Shown: positions 47,519-58,767 of the stretch, piece by piece
Layout: the number at the start of each line of letters is the position of its first letter
Position numbering within the stretch: position 1 is the first letter of the stretch
Origin: an uncultured Oligoflexus sp.
GTDB lineage: Bacteria; Bdellovibrionota_B; Oligoflexia; Oligoflexales; Oligoflexaceae
Direction: 5' to 3'
Length of the DNA: 64,000 bases
Assembly (NCBI GenBank): GCA_964236955.1
Contig: CAXSGP010000003.1
Location: 1 to 64,000, forward strand
Program-made: the position numbers and the translations under genes
The notes under the pieces: generated by a model
Databases searched by the model: none
The model's input: the letters and a program-made list of their open reading frames with translations, nothing else
What the model was told of the DNA's origin: nothing

Positions 47519-49015
47519 ATGACAAGCAGCGAAACGCTCACAAAGCCTAAGATCACGATCGACGGGCAAGCGCTCGAATTCGAACCCGGTGATACCATCA
47601 TGCGGGCTGCCGAACGGGGTCGAGTCGATGCGTCCATTCCGCGCTTCTGTTACCATCCGGGACTTCCCGTCGCGGGTACTTGCCGTATGTGCACGGTCGA
47701 AGTTGAAAAAGCTCCGAAACTTATGACGGCCTGCTCCACTCCGGCAGCGGATGGAATGGTAGTGCACACCCAAAGCGAACGTGTTCGTAAAAGCCGCTCG
47801 GGTGTGATGGAATTTTTGCTTGCCAACCATCCCCTTGATTGTCCGGTTTGCGATCAGGCGGGTGAGTGCTCACTGCAAGATTATAATTATGAATATGGCC
47901 CGTCCAAGAGCCATTTTAAAGAAGATAAGCGCGTTTGGAAAGAGGCGACGACCAAGCTGCTTTCCGACAAACTCACGCTCAATATGAACCGCTGTGTTCA
48001 CTGCGAACGTTGCGTCCGCTTTACCGAAGATGTTACGAAGACGAGTGAACTCCTCATGGATAACAGAGCCTGGCGTAAGGAGCTAACCACAGCTCTGGAC
48101 GAGGGCCTATTCAACGAGTACCAGGGCAATGTCGCCGACATCTGTCCGGTCGGAGCGATCACCTTCAATGATTTCCGTTTTGAAAAGCGGGTCTGGTTCT
48201 TGAAGGAAAAAGCAGGCATTTGTGATGGTTGCGCCAAAGGCTGCTCGATCTACGCTGACGAGGAAAAGAGCAAAATCTATCGTTATCGCGCCCGTTTCAA
48301 TAAGCAGGTCAACGATCATTGGATCTGTGACGAAGGGCGCGTGTCCTTTCACCGCTATCAAAATCCTGAACGGGTGATACAGCCACTGCTCACCGCCGGC
48401 GGCTCGCTCGTCGCCACGACCTGGGAGACGGCTGTACCCTGGTTTTTAAATGAATTGAAAAAAGCTCGTCGGGTCCTCCTTTTGATAGGCACCGATGCCA
48501 GCAGTGAAGAGGTTGCCACGCTTGCCCAGATACTACCGGGCTTCAGTTCTGCCGATATCATCGTGCGATCCTGGAACGGCACCGGAGGAGGCGTTCAGTC
48601 GTCAGCCGATGATGCGCCCCTCGACCATCTCCTTCGTCGTCGCGACCACACCGCGAACACGCGCGGAGTCGAAGGTCTGGGCATCAAAACCTGGAATCAG
48701 GCCACCGATCAGAACTTCGATCTGGCAATCTATTTCCGCTCGGGTCGGGCGGCTTTGCCGCCGCAGATGGCCCCGAAGGAGATTGCCTGGGGGGTCTTCG
48801 ATTTGCCTGAGGTGGCGCGCTTCGCTGCGGTTCTTCCTGGTTTAAGCACCTTGGAAAAATACGGTACTTATACGAATTGTGATCAGATTACGCAAAGTTT
48901 TGAAACTTTAGTCAAAGGTCCGGGGACTGCGGCTTCCGTCCGCAAGGTTCTCGACGGCATGAAGTTGAAATCTACTGCTTTCGTGGCGCGTGAGGTCGTT
49001 CGTGACACTATTTGA
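47519..49015 (+). CDS. nuoG: NADH-quinone oxidoreductase subunit G (short form)
   Basis: [44 protein letters not shown]. Confidence 0.92.
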   Translation: MTSSETLTKPKITIDGQALEFEPGDTIMRAAERGRVDASIPRFCYHPGLPVAGTCRMCTVEVEKAPKLMTACSTPAADGMVVHTQSERVRKSRSGVMEFLLANHPLDCPVCDQAGECSLQDYNYEYGPSKSHFKEDKRVWKEATTKLLSDKLTLNMNRCVHCERCVRFTEDVTKTSELLMDNRAWRKELTTALDEGLFNEYQGNVADICPVGAITFNDFRFEKRVWFLKEKAGICDGCAKGCSIYADEEKSKIYRYRARFNKQVNDHWICDEGRVSFHRYQNPERVIQPLLTAGGSLVATTWETAVPWFLNELKKARRVLLLIGTDASSEEVATLAQILPGFSSADIIVRSWNGTGGGVQSSADDAPLDHLLRRRDHTANTRGVEGLGIKTWNQATDQNFDLAIYFRSGRAALPPQMAPKEIAWGVFDLPEVARFAAVLPGLSTLEKYGTYTNCDQITQSFETLVKGPGTAASVRKVLDGMKLKSTAFVAREVVRDTI

Positions 49016-50081
49016 CTCGATCGCGCTGCTGGTAAAAATTATTGCAGTTGTTGGTGTGGTTTTTTCGGTCGTTCCTATCATGGTTTGGTTTGAACGTCGG
49101 GGAGCTGCCTGGATGCAGGCCCGGGTCGGACCGAACCGCGTGGGAATCTTTGGTTTGATGCAGCCCGTTGCCGATGTGATCAAACTTCTTTCCAAAGAAA
49201 GTTTCATCCCTGCTGAGGCCTCGAAGTTTTATTACGCTCTCGCTCCTATTATTTCGGCGATTGCGCCCGTGGCAGCGTTGGCGGCGATCCCATTCGGTTC
49301 CTTTTTTATGATAGGCGAACATAGGGTCGACCTTCAGATCGCTCAGCTCGATATGGGTATACTCGCGGTTCTCGCGTTTGCGGGTCTGGAAGTCTATCCC
49401 ATCATGCTGGCCGGTTGGGCTTCGAACAATAAGTATTCGATGCTGGGCGCGCTCCGCGGCAGTAGCCAGATGGTGAGTTACGAAATCGCCTTGGGACTTG
49501 CGCTGGTGTCCATGCTGCTGATTTATGGAACCCTGGATCTCAATGCTATGGTAGCCTATCAGGATCACCCCTGGTTTGGATTTCTGCCACGATGGGGCGT
49601 GTTTTTGAATCCCCTTGCCTGTCTGATCTTTCTTATTTCCATCTTTGCTGAAACCAATCGCCTGCCTTTTGACTTGCCGGAAGGGGAGTCTGAACTCGTG
49701 GCAGGTTATCACCTTGAATACGGCGCAAGCCGTTTTGCGACGTTTTTCTTCGCGGAATATGTGGCGATGATCATGGCGTCGTCGCTCTTCGTGACTATTT
49801 TCTTTGGCGGCTACACCGTCCTACCCGGCATGGGCCTGATTGTCTCCTGGTTTCAGTCCAGCCTGGGGCCGGACGCTTACCAGAACGTCACCGCCCTGGC
49901 ACAGATCGCCAGCTTTGTCTTTAAGGTTGGCTGTATGATGTTCTTCTTTGTCTGGGTACGATGGACTATGCCGCGTTTCCGTTATGATCAGCTGATGCAC
50001 CTGGGCTGGAAGATTCTGTTTCCCATAGCCCTTGTCAATCTCCTGTTCGTAGCCCTCATAATCGCTTGGATAGGGGTATGA
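49002..50081 (+). CDS. nuoH: NADH-quinone oxidoreductase subunit H
   Basis: [45 protein letters not shown] 49002. Confidence 0.97.
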   Translation: MTLFDSIALLVKIIAVVGVVFSVVPIMVWFERRGAAWMQARVGPNRVGIFGLMQPVADVIKLLSKESFIPAEASKFYYALAPIISAIAPVAALAAIPFGSFFMIGEHRVDLQIAQLDMGILAVLAFAGLEVYPIMLAGWASNNKYSMLGALRGSSQMVSYEIALGLALVSMLLIYGTLDLNAMVAYQDHPWFGFLPRWGVFLNPLACLIFLISIFAETNRLPFDLPEGESELVAGYHLEYGASRFATFFFAEYVAMIMASSLFVTIFFGGYTVLPGMGLIVSWFQSSLGPDAYQNVTALAQIASFVFKVGCMMFFFVWVRWTMPRFRYDQLMHLGWKILFPIALVNLLFVALIIAWIGV

Positions 50082-50085
50082 TCTC

Positions 50086-50583
50086 ATGACCAAAGTCGTT
50101 ACCTATAAAGAGGGTGTCCTCGATAAATTTTATATTCCGGCATTGTTGGTAGGACTGAAGGTAACCCTGAAGCAGTTCTATAAGACACTGTTTCTTGGCC
50201 AATCGACGACTATCAACTATCCCGAAGAAAAGCGCGAGTACTCGCAGCGTTTTCGCGGGGAGCATTTTATCTCCGTCGACCCGACCAAGACAGAGAACTG
50301 TACAGCATGTTATCTCTGTGAAACTGTCTGCCCTGCCGATTGCATCACAATCGTCGCCGGGGAGCGGCCGGCCGATGAAAATCCGTTTGGGGTCAAAAAA
50401 GAAAAACGGCCCGTGAGCTTTGATATCGATGCCTTGCGCTGCTGCTTCTGCGGCTTCTGCGAAGAAGCCTGTCCGAAGGATGCCATCAAACTCTCGCGCA
50501 ATTACGAGTTGGCGACACTTAACCGCGAGACCGCCGTGTATGATCTCGACCATCTCAAACGTGAGGTAAAGGGCCGTGGTTGA
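50086..50583 (+). CDS. nuoI: NADH-quinone oxidoreductase subunit I
   Basis: YPEE, two CxxCxxCxxxCP motifs. Confidence 0.96.
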   Translation: MTKVVTYKEGVLDKFYIPALLVGLKVTLKQFYKTLFLGQSTTINYPEEKREYSQRFRGEHFISVDPTKTENCTACYLCETVCPADCITIVAGERPADENPFGVKKEKRPVSFDIDALRCCFCGFCEEACPKDAIKLSRNYELATLNRETAVYDLDHLKREVKGRG

Positions 50584-51100
50584 ACCCGTAGTACTTATCC
50601 TGGCGCTGGTCGTCGCGGTTCTGGCCGCACTTACGGTATTCTCTCGCAGCCCTATCAGCAGTGCCTTTTCCCTGGTGATCATGATGGTTGCCCTCGCTGG
50701 CCTATACGGCGTGAGCGGAGCGCATTTCATCGCTGCATTGCAGGCGATCGTTTACGCCGGGGCGATCATGGTGCTCTTTGTCTTTTCCATTATGCTGCTC
50801 AATATGAACGACGAGCATAATGAGATCCACTTCGGGGCTTGGAAAACTCTCCTGGCCTGCCTTTTTTCGGCTCTGATTCTCGGGACCCTGACTTATGTCT
50901 TCATCGAATGGCAATCGGAAACCCGTCCTCCAACGCCAGGTATGATGACGCTTGAACAGATACGGGCGGTAGGCGGTAACGTCGTCGCCGTGTCGGGCAG
51001 CCTCTTCTCTCAGGCCTATATTCAGTTTGAATTTATCTCTCTGCTTCTACTCGTGGCTATTTCCAGCGCTTTGGTGCTGGCGAAGAGAAAGGTGGATTGA
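50576..51100 (+). CDS. nuoJ: NADH-quinone oxidoreductase subunit J
   Basis: Q.IVYAGAIMVLFVF. Confidence 0.95.
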   Translation: MVEPVVLILALVVAVLAALTVFSRSPISSAFSLVIMMVALAGLYGVSGAHFIAALQAIVYAGAIMVLFVFSIMLLNMNDEHNEIHFGAWKTLLACLFSALILGTLTYVFIEWQSETRPPTPGMMTLEQIRAVGGNVVAVSGSLFSQAYIQFEFISLLLLVAISSALVLAKRKVD

Positions 51101-51104
51101 GCCC

Positions 51105-51407
51105 ATGACTACAGGAACTTTGCTCCATATACTTTCCGCATACCTGTTTGCAATGGGGCTTTTGGCTCTGATGCTCAGGCGCAATACGATCGTCATGCTG
51201 ATGGGCATCGAGTTGATGCTCAATGCCGTGAACCTTTCGTTCGTGACATTCGCCCGCGAGCTCGCGCAGCTTAACGGTCAGGTTCAGGTCTTCTTTATCA
51301 TCACGATAGCCGCTGCGGAATCTGCTGTGGGCCTCTCGATACTCATCAATGTGTATCGAAGCTTTGGCAGTATCAAGACGGATCGTACCACGGTCCTGAG
51401 GAGTTGA
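51105..51407 (+). CDS. nuoK: NADH-quinone oxidoreductase subunit K
   Basis: RRN.I..LM.IELMLNA, AAAESAVGL. Confidence 0.96.
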   Translation: MTTGTLLHILSAYLFAMGLLALMLRRNTIVMLMGIELMLNAVNLSFVTFARELAQLNGQVQVFFIITIAAAESAVGLSILINVYRSFGSIKTDRTTVLRS

Positions 51408-51410
51408 CGG

Positions 51411-53339
51411 ATGAATAATACTGCTGTTTCAGATTTACCCTTTTGGATCCTGATCGTGCCCCTCATCGGGTTCTTTTTAAATGCTGTGGCTATTCCGCTT
51501 CTCTCGGGCGGTATCACCCGAACCAAACCGATAATTTCCGGCGGCATTGCGACCTTGGCCATGGCCGTCAGTTTCCTCCTGGCGGTTCGTGCTTTCGTTT
51601 CCCTAAGTGGCGAGCCTAGCGCGCTGCAGTATACGGGCTTTCGCTGGATAGATTTTGGGAATCTGTCCGTCACTCTCAATCTGCGCATCGATCGCCTGAG
51701 TTCGCTGATGACCCTGATCATTACGGGCATAGGTTCGCTCATTCACTTTTATAGTATTTCCTACATGTCAGGTGAAAAGGGCGTGGCCCGCTTTTTCGCT
51801 TATCTGAATCTCTTCTGCTTTGCGATGCTACTCCTCGTTCTAAGCGATAACCTTCTGTTCCTCTTCTTCGGATGGGAAGGCGTGGGACTCTGCTCATATC
51901 TCCTCATCAGCTATTGGTACGAGGAAGAAGCCAATGCTGATGCCGCACGCAAAGCCTTTCTCGTCAATCGTATTGGTGACCTTGGATTTGTCCTTGGGAT
52001 GTGTTTGCTCTACGTTCAACTCGGAACCTTAACCATCGCCGAGATGATGGTGAGAATTTCGCCGACCACTTCAATCGGGGTCCTCGGGCTCGCTGCGGTA
52101 CTCCTCTTTTTTGCCGCAACTGGTAAATCTGCCCAATTTCCTCTCTACGTTTGGTTACCCGATGCGATGGCTGGACCGACTCCGGTTTCGGCCCTGATTC
52201 ATGCCGCAACCATGGTGACCGCGGGGATCTATCTGTTTGCGCGTATGGCTTTTCTCTTTGAGTTGACTCCTGAACTGATGACTGTCGTTGGCTATACCGG
52301 TGCGCTCACAGCGCTTTTGGGTGGGATCCTGGCCCTGGCCCAAACCGATATCAAAAAGGTTTTGGCTTACTCGACGGTTTCGCAATTGGGGTTCATGTTT
52401 CTGGCGCTTGGAGTGGGTGCTTATCAGACCGCGATTTTTCACTTGATGACCCACGCATTCTTTAAGGCTTTACTCTTTCTTGGAGCCGGGTCGGTGATAA
52501 ATAGCTGTGAAGGGGAACAGGACATGCGTAAGATGGGGGGACTCGCCAAGTCGATGCCCATCACCCATATCACCATGCTTTTGGGTAGCGCCGCTATCGT
52601 CGGTTTGCCAATCTTTAGCGGCTTTTTCAGTAAGGACGAAATTCTTTACATGGCCCTCGGCGCAGCTCGCGGCAATTGGATTCTCTTTGGAGCGGGACTT
52701 TTCGCGGCGTTCCTCACCGGCGTATATACGATACGAATGCTGACGCAAACATTTTGGGGCAAAGCCAAAACGGGTTTGCACGGTCACGAATCGTCTTGGG
52801 TCATGACCGTGCCGCTCATCGTGCTTGCCGTCCTGGCAAGTTTGGGTGGATTGCTGGGTATTCCTCATGAAATCGGTCATTGGTTCGGCATCGAACATTC
52901 CCATCTGCTCAGTGAATGGCTGAACCCCGTGGTCCAGCAAATCGAAGTCACTGACAGCGCTCCTCTCCCCGAGATTTTGGTTTCAGGTATTGCCGTCGCA
53001 GTAGCGATATTAGGCCTCATCGCGGGTCGAACCTTTCTCAAAGATATTTCTTTTGATTCTTCACCGGTTCTCAAACGCCTGTTCGTCGGTCAGCATTTTA
53101 TGGATACCTTCTATGCCTCATGGGTAGTCGCTCCTTTGTTTTGGATCAGTCGTCGGGTGATTCAAACCTTCGAGACAAATGTTATGGATAATATCGGCGG
53201 TTGGATCGGGGTTGGGTCCATTTGGTCAGGGGAGCGTCTGCGTCTCACTCAGAGTGGAGATATTCAGCTCTCGATGCTTTCGATTGTCGCCGGTTTGGCT
53301 TTTGTTGTTGGAATTCTAATCGTCTGGGTTGCCGTATGA
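51411..53339 (+). CDS. nuoL: NADH-quinone oxidoreductase subunit L
   Basis: WEGVGLCSYLLI, GKSAQFPL..WLPDAMAGPTPVSALIHAATMV, THAFFKALLF. Confidence 0.97.
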   Translation: MNNTAVSDLPFWILIVPLIGFFLNAVAIPLLSGGITRTKPIISGGIATLAMAVSFLLAVRAFVSLSGEPSALQYTGFRWIDFGNLSVTLNLRIDRLSSLMTLIITGIGSLIHFYSISYMSGEKGVARFFAYLNLFCFAMLLLVLSDNLLFLFFGWEGVGLCSYLLISYWYEEEANADAARKAFLVNRIGDLGFVLGMCLLYVQLGTLTIAEMMVRISPTTSIGVLGLAAVLLFFAATGKSAQFPLYVWLPDAMAGPTPVSALIHAATMVTAGIYLFARMAFLFELTPELMTVVGYTGALTALLGGILALAQTDIKKVLAYSTVSQLGFMFLALGVGAYQTAIFHLMTHAFFKALLFLGAGSVINSCEGEQDMRKMGGLAKSMPITHITMLLGSAAIVGLPIFSGFFSKDEILYMALGAARGNWILFGAGLFAAFLTGVYTIRMLTQTFWGKAKTGLHGHESSWVMTVPLIVLAVLASLGGLLGIPHEIGHWFGIEHSHLLSEWLNPVVQQIEVTDSAPLPEILVSGIAVAVAILGLIAGRTFLKDISFDSSPVLKRLFVGQHFMDTFYASWVVAPLFWISRRVIQTFETNVMDNIGGWIGVGSIWSGERLRLTQSGDIQLSMLSIVAGLAFVVGILIVWVAV

Positions 53340-54904
53340 GTCAGATACTTTCGTGGATAGTCCTGCTTCCCGCAGTAACGGGTCTGTTGATCCTCCTCCT
53401 GCCAAAGAGTTGGGAGCAGCGTTCCCGGCAGCTTGCCCTCCTCGGTTCGGTCGTGGTGGCCGGCCTTACGATCTGGGTCTCGCAACACTTTGATGCAAAA
53501 AGTTTGGATCCTTTTCAGTTTCACCTCAAGCACGAATGGCTGCCGATGCTGGGTATCTCCTATGAACTTGGTGTTGATGGGATGAACCTGCCACTGATCA
53601 TGCTCACCGTTTTGCTCACGCCGCTCGCATTTATCGGCACCTGGTCGCAGACCTCGGGCAGCGCAGCGATGCAAAAGCGCATGAGCGCTTTGGTCCTCAT
53701 CATGGAAACTGGGGCGCTTGGAACTTTTCTTGCGCAGGATTTGTTTCTCTTTTACATCTTCTGGGAAGTCATCCTGATCCCGGCGTACCTGCTCATCGGC
53801 ATGTACGGCGGCCCCGATCGCATGAAGGCAACGCTGCAATTTTTCCTCTACACTTTTGCCGGCTCCATTCTGATGCTGATCGGTATCGCCTGGCTGGTGC
53901 ATATGCAGGCGCAAGTCACGGGTCATGCCAGTGCCTCGATCCAAGCCCTGATGAATTTGCATGTGCCCTTTAACGCCAAGGACGGTCCGCTTGGACTCTT
54001 TTCATCGCAAGGCATGCTTTTTGCGGCGTTCGCTGCGGCTTTTTTCATCAAGGCACCGCTGGTCCCCTTCCATGCGTGGCTAGCGACGACCTATAGACAA
54101 GCTCCGACTTTGGTCTCGGTTTATCTAGCTGCTATCCTGTCAAAGATGGGTACCTACGGAATTTTAAAGATATTGATTCCGATGTTTCCTGCCGCCGCCC
54201 ATAGTTTCTCGCTGGTCCTGATGAGCCTTGCCGCCTTCGGTATTGTTTATGGGGCGCTGCTGGCTATCGTTCAAAAAGACTTTAAAACCGCTATCGCCTA
54301 TTCCTCACTTTCGCACGTGAGTTATATCCTGCTCGGTATCTTTTCGCTCAAGGCGGAGGGGATGGGTGGGGCTCTCCTGCAAATGGTCAACCATGGTGTT
54401 GCGATTGCCGGGCTGCTGCTTATCGCTGGATTTCTTGAAAAACGCCGTCATTCAATGAATCTCAAGGATTTTGGCGGTTGGGCCATTCAGACTCCGGTCC
54501 TCGCCACGGGTTTTATGTTTGTCGTCCTGTCGACCGTTGCCCTCCCGGGCAGCGGAGGATTTGTCGGCGAATTTGCAATTTTGGTCGCGAGTTTCAGGGT
54601 CAACGGTTATGTCACCGCGGTCGCGGCTACGGGCATGGTCCTCGGCGCGGTGTATATGTTGAATCTCTATCAGAAAACTATGTTTGGTCCTATTGTCGAT
54701 GACTACGTGAAGAAGGTTGCGGATCTCGATTTCCGTGAGATTTTTGTATTGGTTGTCCTGGGAATATTCATAGTCGGCATAGGGATGGCACCGCAGCCGT
54801 TCCTGGCTCCTTCGCGATCAGCGATCGAAGAAAGCGCCAAACGTTTGTCGCCGGATGAAGAGTTGCCTGTCAGGCCACCCGTACCTGGTCAAGTTTCAAG
54901 ATAA
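53336..54904 (+). CDS. nuoM: NADH-quinone oxidoreductase subunit M
   Basis: FYIFWE..LIP, KAPLVPFH.W, SKMG.YG, QMVNHG, LPG..GFVGEF. Confidence 0.96.
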   Translation: MSQILSWIVLLPAVTGLLILLLPKSWEQRSRQLALLGSVVVAGLTIWVSQHFDAKSLDPFQFHLKHEWLPMLGISYELGVDGMNLPLIMLTVLLTPLAFIGTWSQTSGSAAMQKRMSALVLIMETGALGTFLAQDLFLFYIFWEVILIPAYLLIGMYGGPDRMKATLQFFLYTFAGSILMLIGIAWLVHMQAQVTGHASASIQALMNLHVPFNAKDGPLGLFSSQGMLFAAFAAAFFIKAPLVPFHAWLATTYRQAPTLVSVYLAAILSKMGTYGILKILIPMFPAAAHSFSLVLMSLAAFGIVYGALLAIVQKDFKTAIAYSSLSHVSYILLGIFSLKAEGMGGALLQMVNHGVAIAGLLLIAGFLEKRRHSMNLKDFGGWAIQTPVLATGFMFVVLSTVALPGSGGFVGEFAILVASFRVNGYVTAVAATGMVLGAVYMLNLYQKTMFGPIVDDYVKKVADLDFREIFVLVVLGIFIVGIGMAPQPFLAPSRSAIEESAKRLSPDEELPVRPPVPGQVSR

Positions 54905-54930
54905 TAAGAGACCCGTTGTTAGAGAGGGGA

Positions 54931-56418
54931 ATGGCCGTGTCGTTTTCAAATATGTTTCCGATGTTTTTTATCCAGGACCACCAATGGCTGGGTGTGCTGC
55001 CCATCCTTTGCATGACCTTAACCGCAATCGCGACCCTGCTGCTTTCGTCGCTAAGACTCCAGGGGCGCGCCGCAGCTTTTGCGATGCTGCTTATTGGATG
55101 TATCGCCGCAGTGGCCAGCACGGTGGTGTTTCCTTTTCATGAAACAATAGTGATCCTCGATGGGGTCCTGGTTTTTGATCGTTTGAGTCAGGTTTTTTCG
55201 GCTATCTGCGCTCTGACTGGCTTATCGGCGGCGCTGATGAGCCTTGGCTTTGATGAACGCGAGGGACTGCAGACTGAGTTTTTCACCCTTATCGCTTTTG
55301 CGGTGGTCGGAATGATGGCAATGGTCAGCACGAGAAATCTGGTATTCTTTTTCGTTGCCCTGGAACTCATGTCGCTCGCGATTTACGTGCTTGTTTCGAT
55401 GCATCGCCAGTCGCCTATGGCTGCCGAAGCTGGTCTGAAGTACTTTCTCCTGGGTGGCGCAGCCAGTGCTGTCCTTCTTTATGGGGCCAGTATACTCTAC
55501 GGCACGACGGGCCATCTGGATACCGATGGCATCAGAACTGCCTTTCAAAACCAGTGGAATGGAAAACTTCCAGTCCTTCCCCTGGTCGGACTGGGCCTTT
55601 TCAGCGTCGGTTTTCTTTTTAAGATTGGGGCCTTTCCCTTTCATGTCTGGATCCCTGACGTCTATACGGGTGCGGCGACACCAGTCACCGGATTTATGAT
55701 CACAGCCGTCAAGGCCGCAGCCACGGGTGCTCTCCTCCGTATGTGTTTGGAGCTGTTTGCACTGCCCGTGGCTAATGAGCCAGTCCTTATCGTCTTGCTC
55801 AGTGGCATTATCATAGCGACCCTGACGTTTGGATCCTTCGTCGGTCTAAGGCAAATCCGTCTCAAACGTATCTTCGCCTACTCAACCATCGTCCATACGG
55901 GCTACGTTTTACTGGGCTTTCTCGCCCTATTGAGTGGTGGTGAAGGAGCCAAGGATGCGGCATCCGCTATTGTTTCCTATACTCTTTTTTATGTCATCAT
56001 GAACCTTGGAGCCTTTGCTGTTCTGACGATGCTGAGTCCGAAAGATAATGACGATATGACGTTGAGTCAGCTCACGGGTCTTGGGTCGCGTCGGCCTATG
56101 CTGGCCTTTGCCATGAGTGTTTTCCTGCTTAGTATGGCCGGTATTCCTCCGACCGCAGGTTTTTTTGGAAAGTACTATCTTTTCTCGGCGGCCCTGGCGA
56201 GTGGTTACACCGGGATCACTCTAGTGGCGGCCCTCACCAGTGTGGTCGCAGCTGTGATCTATCTGAGGCCCATGATCTATATGTATATGACCGAGAGTGA
56301 AGAAAGTTTTCAAGCCGTCCCGAGTGGCTGGATTGGCACTAATTTTATTGTGATCCTATCCCTGTTCCTGACCGTAGTCATGGGCCTGTTCCCAGCCTGG
56401 TTTTCCAAGCTTCTCTAG
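54931..56418 (+). CDS. nuoN: NADH-quinone oxidoreductase subunit N
   Basis: ALELMSL..Y, EAGLKYF, FK.G.FPFH.W.PDVY, SMAGIPP..GF.GK. Confidence 0.96.
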   Translation: MAVSFSNMFPMFFIQDHQWLGVLPILCMTLTAIATLLLSSLRLQGRAAAFAMLLIGCIAAVASTVVFPFHETIVILDGVLVFDRLSQVFSAICALTGLSAALMSLGFDEREGLQTEFFTLIAFAVVGMMAMVSTRNLVFFFVALELMSLAIYVLVSMHRQSPMAAEAGLKYFLLGGAASAVLLYGASILYGTTGHLDTDGIRTAFQNQWNGKLPVLPLVGLGLFSVGFLFKIGAFPFHVWIPDVYTGAATPVTGFMITAVKAAATGALLRMCLELFALPVANEPVLIVLLSGIIIATLTFGSFVGLRQIRLKRIFAYSTIVHTGYVLLGFLALLSGGEGAKDAASAIVSYTLFYVIMNLGAFAVLTMLSPKDNDDMTLSQLTGLGSRRPMLAFAMSVFLLSMAGIPPTAGFFGKYYLFSAALASGYTGITLVAALTSVVAAVIYLRPMIYMYMTESEESFQAVPSGWIGTNFIVILSLFLTVVMGLFPAWFSKLL

Positions 56419-56432
56419 GTACGGACCTGCTC

Positions 56433-56482
56433 AAAACAATGCGCAGAACAAGGTCAGTGGGCCTCGGTCTGCGCATTGTTTT
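56433..56482. terminator. Bidirectional terminator between nuoN and the PilT-family gene
   Basis: aaaacaatgcgcaga ... tctgcgcattgtttt, a 15-bp inverted repeat. Confidence 0.7.
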
Positions 56483-56498
56483 ATTAAAAATACCTTCT

Positions 56499-57572
56499 TC
56501 AGCTTTCAAATCCCTGCATGGCCAGTTGAAGGTCCTTCTTCTTCGAGGCATTCAGCAGCGCTTCTTCCGCGGAGATAATACCGTTGTTGTAGAGATCGAG
56601 AAGCGACTGGTCAAAGCTCTGCATGCCGTAGGTATTGCGGCCGGTACGTATCGTATCCTTTAGAATTTCAAAGCTCTCGCTCTTCAGTATCGTTTCTTTG
56701 ACGACTTCGTTAGCGATTAGGATCTCCAGTGCCGGGACCATGCCCTTGGTATCGATGCGGGTAACCAGGCGCTGGGAAATAATGGCTTTGAGAGTCTGCG
56801 ACAGCATCATGCGAAGCGATGCATGCTGATGCGGAGGGAAATAGGACATCAATCGGGTGATGCTTTCTGTCGCATCGAGAGTATGGAGCGTGGAAAGAAC
56901 CAAGTGGCCGGTTTCGGCTGCCATCAGAGCCGTTTCTGTCGTTTCCTTATCCCTCAGCTCCCCCACCAGGATCACGTCGGGATTTTGTCGCAAGGCACTG
57001 CGCAGTGCTGACGGAAAACTATCGGTATCGATGCCTATTTCCCGTTGATTGATCGTCGATTTCTTTTCCTTGAAAATGAATTCGATAGGATCTTCAATCG
57101 TCAGAATATGGGCAGATTTGGTCGAATTTATTTTTTCGATAATGGATGCGAGGGTCGTGGACTTCCCGCTACCTGTAGCTCCCGTCACGAGGATAAGGCC
57201 GTGTTTTTCATCGGCGAAGCTATGAAGTTTTTTAGGAAGTTGAAGTTCTTCCATGGTACGGATGTGATTGTTGATGACCCGCATGACGACAGCATAGCCC
57301 TGCTTCTGACGAAAAAGGTTCACTCGGAATCGGCCGCCAATGGCGCTGGTATAGGCGAAGTCTAGATCCTGAAGGTGCTGCAGCTTGGATTTCAAATGAT
57401 TGGGGACGATCTGGCCAATCCACTCCAGCATGAGTTGATCGCTGACGTTCTCTCCATCGGCTAAATTTATAATGTCGCCTTGAAAGCGAAAGCGCGGAGG
57501 GGCACCCGGTTTTAATATAATATCGCTCGCCCCACCCCTGACGGCTACCTTCAAAATTTTTTCCAAATTCAT
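56499..57572 (-). CDS. pilT: PilT/PilU family type IV pilus retraction ATPase
   Basis: ASDI, RFRVNLF, GATGSGKSTT, TIEDPIE, ALRQNPDVILVGELRD, AETGHLV.STLHT, GMQSFDQ. Confidence 0.9.
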   Translation of the reverse strand: MNLEKILKVAVRGGASDIILKPGAPPRFRFQGDIINLADGENVSDQLMLEWIGQIVPNHLKSKLQHLQDLDFAYTSAIGGRFRVNLFRQKQGYAVVMRVINNHIRTMEELQLPKKLHSFADEKHGLILVTGATGSGKSTTLASIIEKINSTKSAHILTIEDPIEFIFKEKKSTINQREIGIDTDSFPSALRSALRQNPDVILVGELRDKETTETALMAAETGHLVLSTLHTLDATESITRLMSYFPPHQHASLRMMLSQTLKAIISQRLVTRIDTKGMVPALEILIANEVVKETILKSESFEILKDTIRTGRNTYGMQSFDQSLLDLYNNGIISAEEALLNASKKKDLQLAMQGFES

Positions 57573-57615
57573 CTTGGAGAACTCCGGAACACACTAGGTA
57601 ATCTTTACCATAAGG

Positions 57616-57642
57616 GTGTCGGTAAAAAAAAAAAGAAATTGA
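57616..57642 (-). promoter_or_regulatory. Sigma28/FliA-like promoter
   Basis: TCAA-N15-ACCGACAC on the minus strand upstream of pilT. Confidence 0.4.
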
Positions 57643-58269
57643 GGGGGAGCGTTGCCGAGGCGTGGGGGTGACGACGGACACGACGTGTTGCTGGGGTAGG
57701 GATATGGGTGGGGCCGATGATCCTTCTGTCCTCAAAACCTGACAGCTGCCTTGACTCTTTTATTCTCTATTAATCGAGTCTTACAACCATTTGGCCATCA
57801 AGATCGAAGATCTTAATGACAAGGTGATAGAAAGCGTGAGGGCTTTCCGAATGGGGACTTAAGGATGTGATAATGACCAGTGGGAAACTCGACAAAAGGT
57901 CATCGGCAACATCCAATAAAAGCGACGATTCGCAGAACCGTTTGCTGGACTTAACATGAGGGCGGTAGCTTTCATGAAAAATCAATTTTCATGCTTTTTA
58001 CTTCTGCTCCTAGCCTACTCAAGGTCTTATTCGGATTTAACCATAAAGATCTTAGGCCTCTTGCGAGAAAAAAGTTTTTTCCAAAAAACTTCCGGTGCTT
58101 ACCGGCCTGTTTTTTTTGGAATTGGCGGCGGCCCTATAAATCAAAATAATTCAAGGGTCCTATTTCAGTGGGTAACAAGCGACGATGACTGCAAAATAAG
58201 CGCAGCTCTATGTGAAAAGAGAGGCCGTGGGTAGAATAAAGGTACAAATAGCCCACCCAGGAGTTCATC

Positions 58270-58671
58270 ATGAAAGCGATCATTTTAGGCCTGATTCTTC
58301 TGAGTCCCTCCGTTTTTGCTGATGACAATACACCTTTCGATATCCTGGAGCTGCCCGCAGGAGCAAGCGTGACTCTTCCCAGTCCTGCTACAACCCTGGT
58401 TCCTCTTTTCCAGTATTATCGGGTCAACCCAACCGACCATGCGCAGGTTTTCCGTATCAGTGCTCCGCCTAAGACTTGCGCCGTGAAGGTTCAGGTTTTT
58501 GATAAATCCTCTGAAGAAGTGAAGATGGCGACTCTCAAAGCCGGGGAGAGCCTGATCTATCGTTTTGAACGCTTCAATGGAGTCAGGGTTAAGGCAAGTC
58601 CGCTCTCTCACTGCAATTATTTGACCAAGCTCGTTCTTGAAAGCAACCGGCCTCTTGAGATTGGGATGTGA
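58270..58671 (+). CDS. Secreted hypothetical protein
   Basis: AGGAG RBS; signal peptide ending VFA. Confidence 0.7.
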   Translation: MKAIILGLILLSPSVFADDNTPFDILELPAGASVTLPSPATTLVPLFQYYRVNPTDHAQVFRISAPPKTCAVKVQVFDKSSEEVKMATLKAGESLIYRFERFNGVRVKASPLSHCNYLTKLVLESNRPLEIGM

Positions 58672-58767
58672 GCGATTGTCCTCGCCATCGAAAGCGCCTC
58701 CCTTCCGTTCGAAGTGCAGTCTGACCCCCAGGCAAAAAACTTCCCTACCCGAGAGGGCATTCGAAGG

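Noticed and set aside
57650..58260. Short ORFs (57770-57985, 57956-58234) and a G-rich tract
   Set aside because: No RBS, motif or compositional support; treated as intergenic
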